Below are positions 29,695 through 40,776 of a DNA stretch of 40,776 nucleotides, in pieces. Source of the stretch: Candidatus Nanopelagicales bacterium (GTDB taxonomy: Bacteria > Actinomycetota > Actinomycetes > JBEVHX01); contig JBEVHX010000128.1 of the NCBI GenBank assembly GCA_040510995.1, positions 1 through 40,776 of the forward strand, read 5' to 3'. Position numbers and translations under genes: made by a program. Each line of letters begins with the position of its first letter. The stretch's first letter is position 1. The notes beneath the pieces were generated by a model that did not search any database, was not told the origin of the DNA, and saw nothing but the letters and a program-made list of their open reading frames with translations.

Positions 29695-32366
29695 TGGAGA
29701 CCGCCGAGATCCGCCGCCGCTGGCTGCGCTTCTTCGAAGAGCGCGGACACACGGTGGTCCCCTCGGCGCCGCTGCTGCTCGACGACCCGACGTTGCTGTT
29801 CGTCAACGCGGGGATGGTGCCGTTCAAGCCGTACTTCCTCGGCCAGGAGGCGACGCCGTGGGTGCGGGCGACCAGCGTGCAGAAGTGCGTGCGCACCCTG
29901 GACATCGAGGAGGTCGGCAAGACCACCCGGCACGGCACGTTCTTCCAGATGAACGGCAACTTCTCCTTCGGCGACTACTTCAAGGAAGGGGCGATCGAGC
30001 TCGCCTGGGAGCTGCTCACCCGCTCGGTCGCCGACGGCGGGTACGGCATGTCGGCGGACCGGCTCTGGGCCACGACCTATCTCGACGACGACGAGGCGAT
30101 TGCCCTGTGGAAGAAGGTCGCCGGGCTGCCCGACGAGCGCATCGTCCGGCGGGGGTTGAAAGACAACTACTGGCACATGGGTGTGCCAGGCCCCGGCGGC
30201 CCATGCAGCGAGATCTACTACGACCGCGGACCCAAGTACGGCAAGGAGGGCGGACCCGAGGCAGACGAGGACCGCTACCTCGAGGTGTGGAACCTCGTCT
30301 TCATGCAGGAGCTGCTCGGCGAGGTGCGCAGCAAAGTCGACTTCGACGTCCTCGGTGAGCTGCCGGCGAAGAACATTGACACCGGAATGGGCCTGGAACG
30401 GATGGCCACCGTCCTGCAAGGTGTCGAGAGCCTGTACGACATCGACGAGACGTTCCCCGTCATCCAGCGCGCAATGGAGATGTCCGGTCGCCGCTACGGC
30501 GCCGACCAGACCGACGACGTGCGACTGCGGGTGGTCGGCGACCACGTGCGGACCGCGCTGATGATCATCGGCGACGGGGTCACACCGAGCAACGAGGCAC
30601 GAGGCTACGTTCTGCGTCGGCTGATCCGGCGCGCCGTCCGGTCGATGCGGTTGCTCGGGGTCGACCGCCCAGTTCTGCCCGAGCTGCTGCCGGTTTCCAA
30701 GGATCTGATGGCCCGCTCGTACCCAGAGCTCGAGACCGGCTGGGAGCGCATCTCCACGATCGCGTATGCGGAGGAGGAGGCGTTCCTCCGAACCTTGACC
30801 GCAGGCACGACCCTGCTGGACGCGGCGGTCCGCGAGGCGACCGCCGCCGGGGCATCGTCGTTGTCGGGGGAGCGGGCATTCCGGCTGCACGACACCTACG
30901 GCTTTCCGTTCGACCTGACGGTGGAGATGGCGTCGGAGCAGGGCCTGTCGGTTGACGCCGACGGCTTCCGCCGGCTGATGAACGAGCAGCGAGAACGGGC
31001 GAAGGCCGACGCACGGGCGAAGAAGACCGGGCACGCCGATGTCTCCGCCTACCGCGAGATCGTGGACGCCGCGGGGCCGACCGAGTTCACCGGCTACGAC
31101 GAGCTGTCGACCGAAGGCCGGGTCAGCGGCCTGCTGATCGACGGTGGGCCGGCGAAGTCAGCGGTCGCCGGCCAGCAGGTCGAGCTGGTCCTCGACCGCA
31201 CCCCGTTCTACGCCGAAGGCGGCGGGCAGCTCGCGGACGCCGGGATCGTGCGGCTGTCCAACGGCGCGTTGGTTGAGGTCGACGACGTGCAAGCACCGTT
31301 GACCGGCCTGATCGTGCACCGCGCTCGCGTTCTCGACGGCGAGGTCGAGGTCGGCGACCTCGGCCTCGGGATCGTCGACGTCGAACGACGGCTGTCCATC
31401 TCGCGGGCGCATACCGCCACACACCTCGTGCACAAGGCGTTTCGAGAGGCGCTCGGCGAGACCGCGACCCAGGCCGGCTCGGAAAACGCACCGGGGCGGT
31501 TCCGCTTCGACTTCTCCGCCGGGGGCCCGGTGCCCCCCACCGTGCTGCGCGACGTCGAGCAGCGGGTGAACGAGGTGCTGGTCGACGACCTCGAGGTCCA
31601 CGCCGAGGTGATGAGCCAGGATGAGGCGCGGGCGATGGGCGCGATGGCGCTGTTCGGTGAGAAGTACGGCGATCGGGTTCGCGTGGTGTCCGTCGGCGAC
31701 TGGGCACGCGAGCTGTGCGGCGGCACGCACGCCGCACGGTCGGGACAGCTCGGCGTGATCAAGCTGCTGCACGAGTCGTCGATTGGAGCCGGGATCCGGC
31801 GGGTCGAGGCGCTCGTCGGTGTCGACGCGTACCGGTTCCTGGCTCGCGAGCACGTCCTGCTCGCGCAGCTGTCGGAGGCGCTGAAAGCGAGACCGGAAGA
31901 ACTGCCGGAGCGGGTCGAGGGCATCCTCACCCGGCTCAGAGAGGCCGAGCGCGACCTCGCCAAGCTGCGCGCCGCCCAGTTGCGGGCCGACGCCGCATCG
32001 GTCGTCGGGGATGGTCAGGCCGTGGGCGGCGCGACGCTGGTCGCGTTCCGAGCACCTGACGGCGTCACTGGCAACGAGCTGCGCGAGCTGGTGCTCAGCG
32101 CGCGCTCCTCGGCGGCCGCGTCCGGACGCCCGGTCGTCGCGGTGGGCCTCGGGGTCGCCAACGGCAAGGTCGCTGCGGTCGCGGCCACCGACGAGCGGGC
32201 TCGGTCGGCAGGCCTGTCCGCCAAGGACGCGCTCGCCGCCGCCCTCGCCCCGGTCGGCGGTCGCGGCGGCGGCAAGGACGACGTCGCGCAGGGTGGTGGC
32301 ACCGACCCGAGCGGCCTCGACGCCGCGCTCGTGGCGGTGCGGACCTGGCTGGCCCAGGCGGGGTAG
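29694..32366 (+). CDS. alaS: Alanine--tRNA ligase
   Basis: [37 protein letters not shown], the editing-domain HTATHL..A, and CGGTH. 890 aa. The ATG overlaps the rarA stop by 1 nt. Confidence 0.97.
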   Translation: METAEIRRRWLRFFEERGHTVVPSAPLLLDDPTLLFVNAGMVPFKPYFLGQEATPWVRATSVQKCVRTLDIEEVGKTTRHGTFFQMNGNFSFGDYFKEGAIELAWELLTRSVADGGYGMSADRLWATTYLDDDEAIALWKKVAGLPDERIVRRGLKDNYWHMGVPGPGGPCSEIYYDRGPKYGKEGGPEADEDRYLEVWNLVFMQELLGEVRSKVDFDVLGELPAKNIDTGMGLERMATVLQGVESLYDIDETFPVIQRAMEMSGRRYGADQTDDVRLRVVGDHVRTALMIIGDGVTPSNEARGYVLRRLIRRAVRSMRLLGVDRPVLPELLPVSKDLMARSYPELETGWERISTIAYAEEEAFLRTLTAGTTLLDAAVREATAAGASSLSGERAFRLHDTYGFPFDLTVEMASEQGLSVDADGFRRLMNEQRERAKADARAKKTGHADVSAYREIVDAAGPTEFTGYDELSTEGRVSGLLIDGGPAKSAVAGQQVELVLDRTPFYAEGGGQLADAGIVRLSNGALVEVDDVQAPLTGLIVHRARVLDGEVEVGDLGLGIVDVERRLSISRAHTATHLVHKAFREALGETATQAGSENAPGRFRFDFSAGGPVPPTVLRDVEQRVNEVLVDDLEVHAEVMSQDEARAMGAMALFGEKYGDRVRVVSVGDWARELCGGTHAARSGQLGVIKLLHESSIGAGIRRVEALVGVDAYRFLAREHVLLAQLSEALKARPEELPERVEGILTRLREAERDLAKLRAAQLRADAASVVGDGQAVGGATLVAFRAPDGVTGNELRELVLSARSSAAASGRPVVAVGLGVANGKVAAVAATDERARSAGLSAKDALAAALAPVGGRGGGKDDVAQGGGTDPSGLDAALVAVRTWLAQAG

Positions 32367-32372
32367 CGAGCG

Positions 32373-32843
32373 TTGCGACCCGGAGTCCGGCTGGCGGTCG
32401 ACCTCGGATCGGTGCGGATCGGGGTGGCCCGAAGTGACCCCACCGGGGCGCTTGCGGTCCCGGTCGAGACCGTGCGCCGGGATGCCCGCGGCGGATCAGA
32501 TCTTGACCGGCTGCTCGAGCTCGCCACCGAGTACGAAGTGCTGGAGGTACTGGTGGGGCTGCCGGTGAACCTGTCGGGTCGTGAGGGAGCGGCCGCCGAC
32601 TCGAGCCGCGCCTTCGCCGGTGCCCTGGCCGCTCGGATCTCACCGGTCCGCGTACGGTTGGTTGACGAGCGGCTGACGACGGTCACTGCCGAGCAGGGCC
32701 TTCTGCAGGCCGGCGCGCGAGGTCCGGCCCGGCGGTCCGTCGTGGACCAGGCCGCTGCTGTCATCATCTGCCAGACCGCACTGGACGCGGAAAGGGCAAC
32801 CGGCGCCCCAGCCGGGACGCTCGTGGAGACGGAGCGCATGTGA
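32373..32843 (+). CDS. ruvX: Holliday junction resolvase-like protein RuvX (YqgF)
   Basis: LAVDLGSVRIGVARSD, and VVGLP.NLSG.EG, typical of YqgF. TTG start. Confidence 0.88.
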   Translation: MRPGVRLAVDLGSVRIGVARSDPTGALAVPVETVRRDARGGSDLDRLLELATEYEVLEVLVGLPVNLSGREGAAADSSRAFAGALAARISPVRVRLVDERLTTVTAEQGLLQAGARGPARRSVVDQAAAVIICQTALDAERATGAPAGTLVETERM

Positions 32844-33922
32844 GCCAGCTCGGCATCGACATGTCGACCGGGTCGACGACCGGGCGCACCGGTCGCGGCG
32901 GCTTGGCTGCGCTGGTGTCCATCGTCGCGCTGGTCGCGCTGGTCGCCGTGGGTGTGGTCTTCGGGATGCGCCTGGTTGGTGGCGGCAGCAACGACTATCC
33001 GGGCCCAGGCACCGGCGAGGCGACCGTGCAGGTGCTGCCCGGCGACTCCGCCCGCGACATCGGCGAGGCGTTGGAGGCCGCCGACGTCGTCAAGTCGGCT
33101 GACGCCTTCGTCGAGGCGGCTGCCGCGGAGGAGGCTTCGCGCGGACTGCAGCCCGGCTTCTACCTGCTCAAGCAGCAGATGTCGGCGACGGGTGCGCTCG
33201 ACCTCATGCTGGACCCGTCGTCGCGGATCATGGCGCAGGTCACCTTGCCCGAAGGCCTGCGGCTCACCGAGACCCTTGACCGGCTGGCGGCCGGTACACA
33301 GATCCCGTTGGCCGAGCTGACCGCGGCAGCGCAGAACGGCCCGGCGATCGGGTTGCCGGCCTACGCGAACAACAACGCCGAGGGTTTCCTGTTCCCGGCA
33401 CGCTACGACATCCAACCCAACGACACCGCGACGTCGGTGCTGTCCACGTTGGTCGCGCGATTCGGCCAGTCATCGGAAGCGGTCAACTTGGAAGGCCGGG
33501 CCGCCGGTGTCGGCCTGACCCCGTATCAGGCGCTCGTGGTTGCGAGCCTGCTCGAAGCCGAGGGCCATCCGGAGGACTTCACGAAGATCGCGCGCGTCGT
33601 CTACAACAGGCTGGCCGCCGGGATGCCGCTGCAGTTCGACTCGACGGTGAACTACGCCCTGAACCGCGACACGGTCGCGGTGTCCCTTGCCGACCTCGAG
33701 GTGGAGTCCCCGTACAACACCTACAAGTACCCCGGGCTGCCACCCGGACCGATCGGCTCGCCTGGCGAGCAGGCGATGGAAGCGGCGTTGTCGCCGGCCG
33801 AGGGTGACTGGCTGTACTTCGTGACCGTGAATCCGGACACCGGCGAGACCAAGTTCACCGCGTCGTACGACGAGTTCCTCCAGTTCAAGGAGGAGCTGAA
33901 GGCGAATACGGGCAGCGGGTGA
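32840..33922 (+). CDS. mltG: Endolytic murein transglycosylase MltG (YceG-like)
   Basis: N-terminal TM helix (LAALVSIVALVALVAVGVVF). YceG core (LPEGLRLTE, ASLLEAEG, VVYNRL...MPLQ.DSTV.YA, YNTYKYPGLPPGPI.SPG). Confidence 0.92.
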   Translation: MSQLGIDMSTGSTTGRTGRGGLAALVSIVALVALVAVGVVFGMRLVGGGSNDYPGPGTGEATVQVLPGDSARDIGEALEAADVVKSADAFVEAAAAEEASRGLQPGFYLLKQQMSATGALDLMLDPSSRIMAQVTLPEGLRLTETLDRLAAGTQIPLAELTAAAQNGPAIGLPAYANNNAEGFLFPARYDIQPNDTATSVLSTLVARFGQSSEAVNLEGRAAGVGLTPYQALVVASLLEAEGHPEDFTKIARVVYNRLAAGMPLQFDSTVNYALNRDTVAVSLADLEVESPYNTYKYPGLPPGPIGSPGEQAMEAALSPAEGDWLYFVTVNPDTGETKFTASYDEFLQFKEELKANTGSG

Positions 33923-34737
33923 ACCGAGCGGCCGTCCTCGGGTCGCCGATCGCCCACTCGCTGTCCCCTGCGCTGCACCGGGCAGCCTACGCATCGCTCG
34001 GCCTGGACTGGACCTATGAGGCGGTCGAGTGCACCGCCGAGGCGCTGCCGGCGTTCCTGGACGTCCTCGATCCGTCGTGGCGTGGCCTGTCCATCACCAT
34101 GCCGTTGAAGCAGGTGGTGCTGGCCCATCTCGATGCGCGCGATGACCTCGTCGACGTGGTGCAGGCGGCCAACACCGTCGTGATGGCCGAGGGCGGGCGA
34201 CGCGTCGGCTGGAACACCGACGTGCCCGGCATGGTCGATGCGCTTGGCGAGGCCGACGTTGCGGCCGGGGATGTGGGTTTTGCGACCGTCATGGGAGGCG
34301 GGGCCACTGCACGATCCGCGCTCGCGGCCCTGGCGGCGCTCCACTGCCAGCAGGTGACCGTCTTCGTCCGGCGACCCGACGCGGCCGACGAGCTCCGCGC
34401 GGTCGGGGCTCGGCTGGGCATGCCGGTGACCATCGAGTCGTGGGCGATCGCCGAGCAGGGGCTGCTCGCCGACGTCGTGGTCTCGACGGTGCCCAGTGGG
34501 GTAGCCGACCGGCTGGTCGGCATGGTGCCGGAAGCACCCGGTGTGTTGCTGGACGTGGTGTACGACCCGTGGCCGACGTCGCTCGCATTGGCATGGCAGC
34601 AGCTGAGCGGCACCGTGGCAAGCGGGCTCGAGCTGCTCGTGCACCAGGCGGCCCGCCAGGTCGAGCTCATGACCGGGCGGCCGGCGCCGCTCGCCGTGAT
34701 GCGCGCCGCCGGTGCAGCGGAGCTGGCCAGCCGCTAG
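33919..34737 (+). CDS. aroE: Shikimate dehydrogenase
   Basis: AAVLGSPIAHSLSPALH.AAY..LGL.W.Y, SITMPLK, ANT, WNTD, and GGGATARSA. GTGA overlap with mltG. Confidence 0.93.
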   Translation: MNRAAVLGSPIAHSLSPALHRAAYASLGLDWTYEAVECTAEALPAFLDVLDPSWRGLSITMPLKQVVLAHLDARDDLVDVVQAANTVVMAEGGRRVGWNTDVPGMVDALGEADVAAGDVGFATVMGGGATARSALAALAALHCQQVTVFVRRPDAADELRAVGARLGMPVTIESWAIAEQGLLADVVVSTVPSGVADRLVGMVPEAPGVLLDVVYDPWPTSLALAWQQLSGTVASGLELLVHQAARQVELMTGRPAPLAVMRAAGAAELASR

Positions 34738-35690
34738 GCCGACTCGCCGGCCTTGAAGACGGTATCCAGCAAGGCTTGACCCGTGGCGTCGAGCTTCACC
34801 CGCCGCTTCTTGAGGTCCTTGACGATGACGCTGGCCCGGACGCCTTCGTTGGCCACCCACGCGATGGCGTCGAGCCCCTCGTCGTCGGCCCACACCGAAC
34901 CGTCCGCCTTGAGGTACTGGCCCTTGTCGTCGGTCTTCGGCACCCCGCTGTGGTGCAGCGCGACGACCTCCCACTGGTCGTTCAGCACCGGGGAGCCACT
35001 GGAGCCGGGGTTGGTGTCCGCTTCGTAGTGCAGGAACTTCGGCAGCTCGTCACTGAGCCGGTTCTGCCGGATCGCGATGCGCTTGGTCTGGCCCTCCGGG
35101 TGCTGAACGATGTTCAGCCACTCTCCGAGCAGCGCTTTGCCGGCCGCCCCGATCAGCGGGAGCACGCCCTGGCTGGTGCCCGGGTCCTTCGGTCCGTCAA
35201 TGGCGACAACGCTGTAGTCCAGCGGCGCGCTGGTGATGAACAGCTGGTCGGGCGCGAGCTTGAAGGTCCTCGGCCGCACCGATCCGTCCGGCCGCTCCTC
35301 GTAGTTGAACTGGACGCTGCTCTTCCTTGCGTCCGCCGCGGTCTTGAGCACGTGGTTGTTCGTCATCAGCACCCGCGGTGCGACCAGGAAGCCGGTTCCG
35401 TAGCCCTCGGAGTTCCCGATCACCACGCGACCGACGGCCTTCATCGCCTGCGCCCCGCGCGTCAGGTATGTCGACGAGAGCAGCTCGTCGCCGCCGATGA
35501 TCCGCTCCAGGGTGGCCTCGCGGATGTGATGGACCTGCTGAAGCCGAGCGACCCGTCGGGCCAGCAGCTCTTGGGAGTTGATCGGCGACAGCCTGCCCTG
35601 AGTGAGCGCGTCCTTGGTGACCTCACGGCTGCCCGTGCGCTCGACCCAGCGACCACCGGCGCCGCCGTCGAAGTACTCCACGACCATCAT
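34734..35690 (-). CDS. Trypsin-fold (PA clan, Trypsin_2/HtrA-like) serine peptidase with no signal peptide or PDZ domain
   Basis: Catalytic triad candidates are His in VLMTNNHV (codon 35352-35354), Asp in LDYSVVAI (35217-35219) and Ser in TNPGSSGSP (34998-35000). The ATG-ATG start at 35690/35687 is preferred; the 35813 start in the ORF track would overlap the divergent peptidase gene. No hydrophobic N-terminal segment. Confidence 0.8.
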   Translation of the reverse strand: MMVVEYFDGGAGGRWVERTGSREVTKDALTQGRLSPINSQELLARRVARLQQVHHIREATLERIIGGDELLSSTYLTRGAQAMKAVGRVVIGNSEGYGTGFLVAPRVLMTNNHVLKTAADARKSSVQFNYEERPDGSVRPRTFKLAPDQLFITSAPLDYSVVAIDGPKDPGTSQGVLPLIGAAGKALLGEWLNIVQHPEGQTKRIAIRQNRLSDELPKFLHYEADTNPGSSGSPVLNDQWEVVALHHSGVPKTDDKGQYLKADGSVWADDEGLDAIAWVANEGVRASVIVKDLKKRRVKLDATGQALLDTVFKAGESA

Positions 35691-35770
35691 CTGCTCAACC
35701 CCCGGAGAAAGATTGCCACGGTTTACGCAGGTGAGGAGGTCAAATCGCGAGCCGCTGATACCCCGGCTCC

Positions 35771-35776
35771 TAGGCT
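35771..35776 (+). promoter_or_regulatory. Putative -10 hexamer (TAGGCT) for a leaderless prepilin-peptidase/aroC transcript
   Basis: The TANNNT hexamer ends 6 nt before the ATG at 35783. No Shine-Dalgarno sequence lies between them. Confidence 0.35.
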
Positions 35777-35782
35777 GACCCG

Positions 35783-36442
35783 ATGCTCGCTCTGGTCGTG
35801 GTGGCTGCGGCACTGGGCACCGCGGTCGGGGTGCTGCTGTCCCGGTTGGTCAGCCGCTACCCGGCCGAGTCCGCCCGGCTGCCGCCGCTGGCCGTCGTGC
35901 TCCTCACCGCCGCGACCTTCGCCGTGCTGGCAGCGCGGTTCGGCTGGGACTGGGCGTTGCCGGCGTACCTCTACTTCGGCGCGATTTCCGTCGCGCTCGC
36001 CGACATCGACCTCGCCACCCGCCGGCTGCCCAACGCGATCGTCCTGCCCTCGTACGCGGTAGGCGGGCTGCTCCTGCTGCTGCCGAGCGCGCTCGAACCG
36101 GACTGGGCCGCATACCTGCGCGGCTGGATCGCGGCGGCTGCGCTGTTCACGTTCTACTTCCTGCTGGCGATGATCTATCCGGCCGGCATGGGGTTCGGCG
36201 ACGTGAAGCTGGCCGGTGTGCTGGGCCTGTTCCTCGGCTGGCTGGGCTGGGGTGAGCTTGTCGTCGGCGCGTTCCTCGGGTTCTTGATCGGAGCGGTTGC
36301 CGGCGTCGGTCTCATGCTCGCCGGCCGGGCCGGCCGCAAGACCGCCATCCCGTTCGGTCCCTACATGCTGCTGGGAGCGCTGGTCGCCGTTCTGGTCGGC
36401 GGCAACGTCGCGGACGCATACGTGGACCGGATCGGGGGCTGA
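35783..36442 (+). CDS. A24-family prepilin (type IV leader) aspartyl peptidase, short form lacking the N-terminal Cys-rich domain
   Basis: Polytopic membrane protein with the two catalytic Asp contexts [14 protein letters not shown] and [11 protein letters not shown]. No C-x-x-C N-terminal motif. Confidence 0.85.
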   Translation: MLALVVVAAALGTAVGVLLSRLVSRYPAESARLPPLAVVLLTAATFAVLAARFGWDWALPAYLYFGAISVALADIDLATRRLPNAIVLPSYAVGGLLLLLPSALEPDWAAYLRGWIAAAALFTFYFLLAMIYPAGMGFGDVKLAGVLGLFLGWLGWGELVVGAFLGFLIGAVAGVGLMLAGRAGRKTAIPFGPYMLLGALVAVLVGGNVADAYVDRIGG

Positions 36443-36468
36443 GCGCTCATCGTGGAAAGATCCAAGAC

Positions 36469-37646
36469 ATGCTGCGCTGGCTGACCGCAGGGGAGTCGCA
36501 CGGACCGGCACTGGTCGCGATCCTCGAGGGTCTGCCCGCCGGCGTCCACGTCACAACCTCGGACATCGTCGAGGCGCTGCGGCGCCGGCGGCTGGGCCAT
36601 GGGCGCGGCGCCCGGATGACGTTCGAACAGGACGATGTGGAGATCCTGGGCGGGGTGCGCCACGGCCTCACACAGGGCGGGCCGGTCGCAATCCGGGTCG
36701 GCAACACGGAGTGGCCCAAATGGGAGACCGTCATGGCGGCCGACCCGGTCGATCCCGGTGTGCTCGAGCAGCAAGCACGAAACGCGCCGCTGACCCGCCC
36801 CCGTCCCGGGCACGCCGACCTGGCCGGCATGCAGAAGTACGGCTTCACCGACGCCCGGCCGGTGCTCGAGCGGGCCTCGGCGCGGGAGACGGCGGCCCGG
36901 GTGGCGCTGGGCTGCGTCGCTCGAGCGTTCCTCGAGCAGACCACCGGCGCTGCCCTGGTCAGCCACGTCGTCGAGATCGGGAGCGTGCGGGCCGACGTCG
37001 GTGTCGTGCCGAAACAGCACGACCAGGACGCGCTCGACGCAGACCCGGTCCGCGTGCTCGACGCGCGAACGAGCGCCGCGATGGTCGACGAGATCGAGTC
37101 GGCACGTCGCGACGGCGACACCCTCGGCGGTGTGGTGGAGGTCGCAGTGCACGGTCTGCCGCCAGGACTTGGGTCGCATGTGCACTGGGACCGGCGCCTC
37201 GATGCCCGGCTCGCTGGGGCGCTCATGGGCATCCAGGCCATCAAGGGCGTGGAGGTTGGCGACGGGTTCGAGCTGGCTCGTGCCCGCGGCTCCAAGGCGC
37301 ATGACGAGATCGTCGGCACCGACGAGGGCATCCGCCGCGCCTCCGGTCGCTCTGGCGGCACCGAAGGCGGGATGTCGACCGGCGAGGTGCTGCGCGTGCG
37401 GGCCGCCATGAAGCCGATCTCGACCGTGCCCAGAGCCCTGCAGACCGTCGACGTGAGGACCGGCGAGCCAGCCACCGCGATCAACCAGCGTTCCGACGTG
37501 TGCGCCGTTCCTGCCGCTGGGATCGTCGCGGAGGCGATGGTTGCTCTGGTCCTCGCGGACGCAGTGCTCGAGAAGTTCGGCGGGGACTCGGTCGAGGAGA
37601 CCCGGCGCAACGTTCGGTCCTATCTCGAGCATCTCGACATCCGCTG

Positions 37647-37647
<1 letters not shown>
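36469..37647 (+). CDS. aroC: Chorismate synthase
   Basis: [46 protein letters not shown], and [13 protein letters not shown]. Confidence 0.97.
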
Positions 37648-39247
<1,600 letters not shown>

Positions 39248-39276
39248 TCGGCCGACAGCCTGAAGGCGGACTGAAC

Positions 39277-39702
39277 GTGCTCGTGCTGAACGGGCCGAAC
39301 CTGGGGCGGCTCGGTTCGCGTGAGCCGGAGGTGTACGGGTCGACGACACACGATGACCTGGTCGCGTTCTGTGCCGCGGTCGGCGCCGGCCTGGGGCTCA
39401 GCGTGGAGGTCCGGCAGACCGACGACGAGGCGACGTTGATCGGCTGGTTGCACGAGGCCGCGGACTCATCGACGCCCGTGGCGCTCAACCCGGCTGCGTT
39501 CACGCACTACTCGTATGCCGTGCGGGACGCCTGCGCCCAGCTCACCGCTCCGCTGATCGAGGTCCACCTGTCAAACCCGCTGGCCCGAGAGGAGTTCCGG
39601 CACACCTCTGTGGTGGCCGGGGTCGCGACGGGGACGGTCGCCGGATTCGGGCTGGTCTCGTACGAGCTCGCACTGCGAGCGATCGCCGCATTGGCCGGCT
39701 GA
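39277..39702 (+). CDS. aroQ: Type II 3-dehydroquinate dehydratase
   Basis: [35 protein letters not shown], and [16 protein letters not shown]. The start is ambiguous. The GTG at 39277 gives the family-typical N-terminus, while an in-frame TTG at 39244 overlaps the aroB stop (TTGA) and would add 11 aa. Confidence 0.9.
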   Translation: MLVLNGPNLGRLGSREPEVYGSTTHDDLVAFCAAVGAGLGLSVEVRQTDDEATLIGWLHEAADSSTPVALNPAAFTHYSYAVRDACAQLTAPLIEVHLSNPLAREEFRHTSVVAGVATGTVAGFGLVSYELALRAIAALAG

Positions 39703-39720
39703 CCGGCCAGGGCGTCTCCG

Positions 39721-39726
39721 TACGCT
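39721..39726 (+). promoter_or_regulatory. Putative -10 hexamer (TACGCT) for a leaderless pepQ transcript
   Basis: The TANNNT hexamer ends 6 nt before the ATG at 39733. No Shine-Dalgarno sequence lies between them. Confidence 0.4.
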
Positions 39727-39732
39727 CAGCGC

Positions 39733-40776
39733 ATGAGTGCTCAGTACGCGGCTCGCCGTCAGCGCCTCATCGACTCGTGGCCCGAGACCGACGACGGCAT
39801 GCTGGTCACCCGCCTGGTGAACGTGCGGTACCTCAGCGGTTTCACCGGCTCGAACGCCGCACTGCTGCTCACTCGCGACCGTGCTGTCCTGGCCACTGAC
39901 GGTCGCTACGTCACCCAGGCCGGGCAGGAGTCGCCGGACACCGAGCTGCTCGTCGACCGCCGGTGCGCCTCGGCCCTCACCGCGAAGGCCGGCAAGGACG
40001 GCATCCGCCGCCTGCTCTTCGAGGCCCACGACGTCACGGTGCACGCATACGAGGGCCTCGTGTCCGCGGCCGGCGGCGCAGCGCTGGTCGCGGACGCACA
40101 CCGGGTTGAAGGACTGCGCCGGGTCAAAGACGAGACTGAGATCACCGCACTCCAGCAGGCCTGCGCGATCGGCGACCGCGCGCTGGCACGGCTGCTCGAC
40201 GAACTGCGACCCGGCCAAACCGAAAGGGAAATCGCGCGCCGGCTCGAGTCGCTCATGTACGCGGAGGGCGCGGACGCCCTGTCATTCGACACGATCGTGG
40301 CGGCGGGGCCGAACAGCGCCATTCCGCACCACCGGCCGACCACCCGCGTGGTCGAGCCCGGCGAGTTCCTCAAGCTGGACTTCGGCGCGGCCTACGACGG
40401 CTACCACGCAGACATGACCAGGACGGTGGTCGTCGGGGCTGAGCCGGCGGACTGGCAGCGTGAGGCGTACGCGCTGGTCCGGCGCGCTCAGGCAGCCGGC
40501 TGCGCTGCGCTGGCGCCCGATGTGGGCATCCAGGTGGTTGATGCGGCAGCCCGCGATGTGATCGTCGCGGCGGGCTATGGCGAGCACTTCCCGCACGGGC
40601 TCGGGCATGGGGTTGGGCTGGAGATCCACGAAGCGCCGCTCATCGGGTACTCAGCGACGGGTATCCTCGACGATCGCACGCCGGTCACGGTCGAGCCCGG
40701 GATCTACCTCCCCGGGCGCGGGGGAGTCCGCATCGAGGACACCCTGGTCGTCAGGGGCGGCGGGCCGCAGCTGCTG
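39733..40776 (+). CDS. pepQ: M24-family Xaa-Pro peptidase (aminopeptidase P / PepQ-like), 3' end outside the window
   Basis: This ORF is open to the window end and is absent from the ORF track because it has no stop. My own translation gives MSAQYAARRQRL...VNVRYLSGFTGSNA...DTIVAAGPNSAIPHH...DFGA.YDGYHADMTRT...HGLGHGVGLEIHE.P...VEPGIY.PG.GGVRIEDT, the metal-binding pattern of M24B peptidases. Confidence 0.9.
   Translation, partial: MSAQYAARRQRLIDSWPETDDGMLVTRLVNVRYLSGFTGSNAALLLTRDRAVLATDGRYVTQAGQESPDTELLVDRRCASALTAKAGKDGIRRLLFEAHDVTVHAYEGLVSAAGGAALVADAHRVEGLRRVKDETEITALQQACAIGDRALARLLDELRPGQTEREIARRLESLMYAEGADALSFDTIVAAGPNSAIPHHRPTTRVVEPGEFLKLDFGAAYDGYHADMTRTVVVGAEPADWQREAYALVRRAQAAGCAALAPDVGIQVVDAAARDVIVAAGYGEHFPHGLGHGVGLEIHEAPLIGYSATGILDDRTPVTVEPGIYLPGRGGVRIEDTLVVRGGGPQLL

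Noticed and set aside
34440-36062. 540-aa plus-strand ORF running antisense through the protease gene into the prepilin peptidase gene
   Set aside because: It has no motifs and a low-complexity Arg/Gly/Leu-rich translation. It conflicts with two genes that show intact catalytic signatures.

Overview
This window is a chromosomal core segment from a high-G+C actinobacterium. Third codon positions are almost all G/C, and GTG/TTG starts are common. I can support about 40 protein genes. They are tightly packed, mostly on the + strand, and many share 1-4 nt start/stop overlaps (GTGA, ATGA, TGATG) that suggest translational coupling.

Gene order:
- thrS (5' partial), HIT, [DCC oxidoreductase > < HTTM membrane protein, small partner, EF-G2]
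- pgsA, patA-like acyltransferase, pimA (phosphatidylinositol / PIM lipid genes)
- membrane-anchored hypothetical, DUF3048 lipoprotein
- pdxS, pdxT, yebC, ruvC, ruvA, ruvB, yajC, secD, secF, apt, relA
- < DUF349, < membrane cyclophilin
- MBL hydrolase, hisS, aspS, GNAT > < GNAT
- rarA, alaS, ruvX, mltG, aroE
- < trypsin-like protease
- prepilin peptidase, aroC, aroK, aroB, aroQ, pepQ (3' partial)

From memory, this order matches the conserved Mycobacterium tuberculosis Rv2614c..Rv2535c and Streptomyces coelicolor SCO1531..SCO149x neighbourhoods; that should be verified by search.

I see no rRNA, tRNA, CRISPR array, transposase, integrase or prophage genes. I do not see a convincing multi-gene novel system. 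The elements that depart from the housekeeping synteny, and are most worth a second look, are:
1. A DCC thiol-disulfide oxidoreductase / HTTM (gamma-carboxylase-like) / small membrane-partner module that appears co-transcribed with an EF-G2 paralogue.
2. An orphan, signal-peptide-less trypsin-fold serine protease encoded antisense inside the aro operon, divergent from an orphan prepilin peptidase.

Smaller observations are a near-consensus LexA (SOS) box on a leaderless-looking ruvC start, a recurring leaderless-promoter geometry, a 14-proline run, and in-frame tandem repeats in secD and secF. All product calls rest on motif and synteny recognition by eye; no database search was run.
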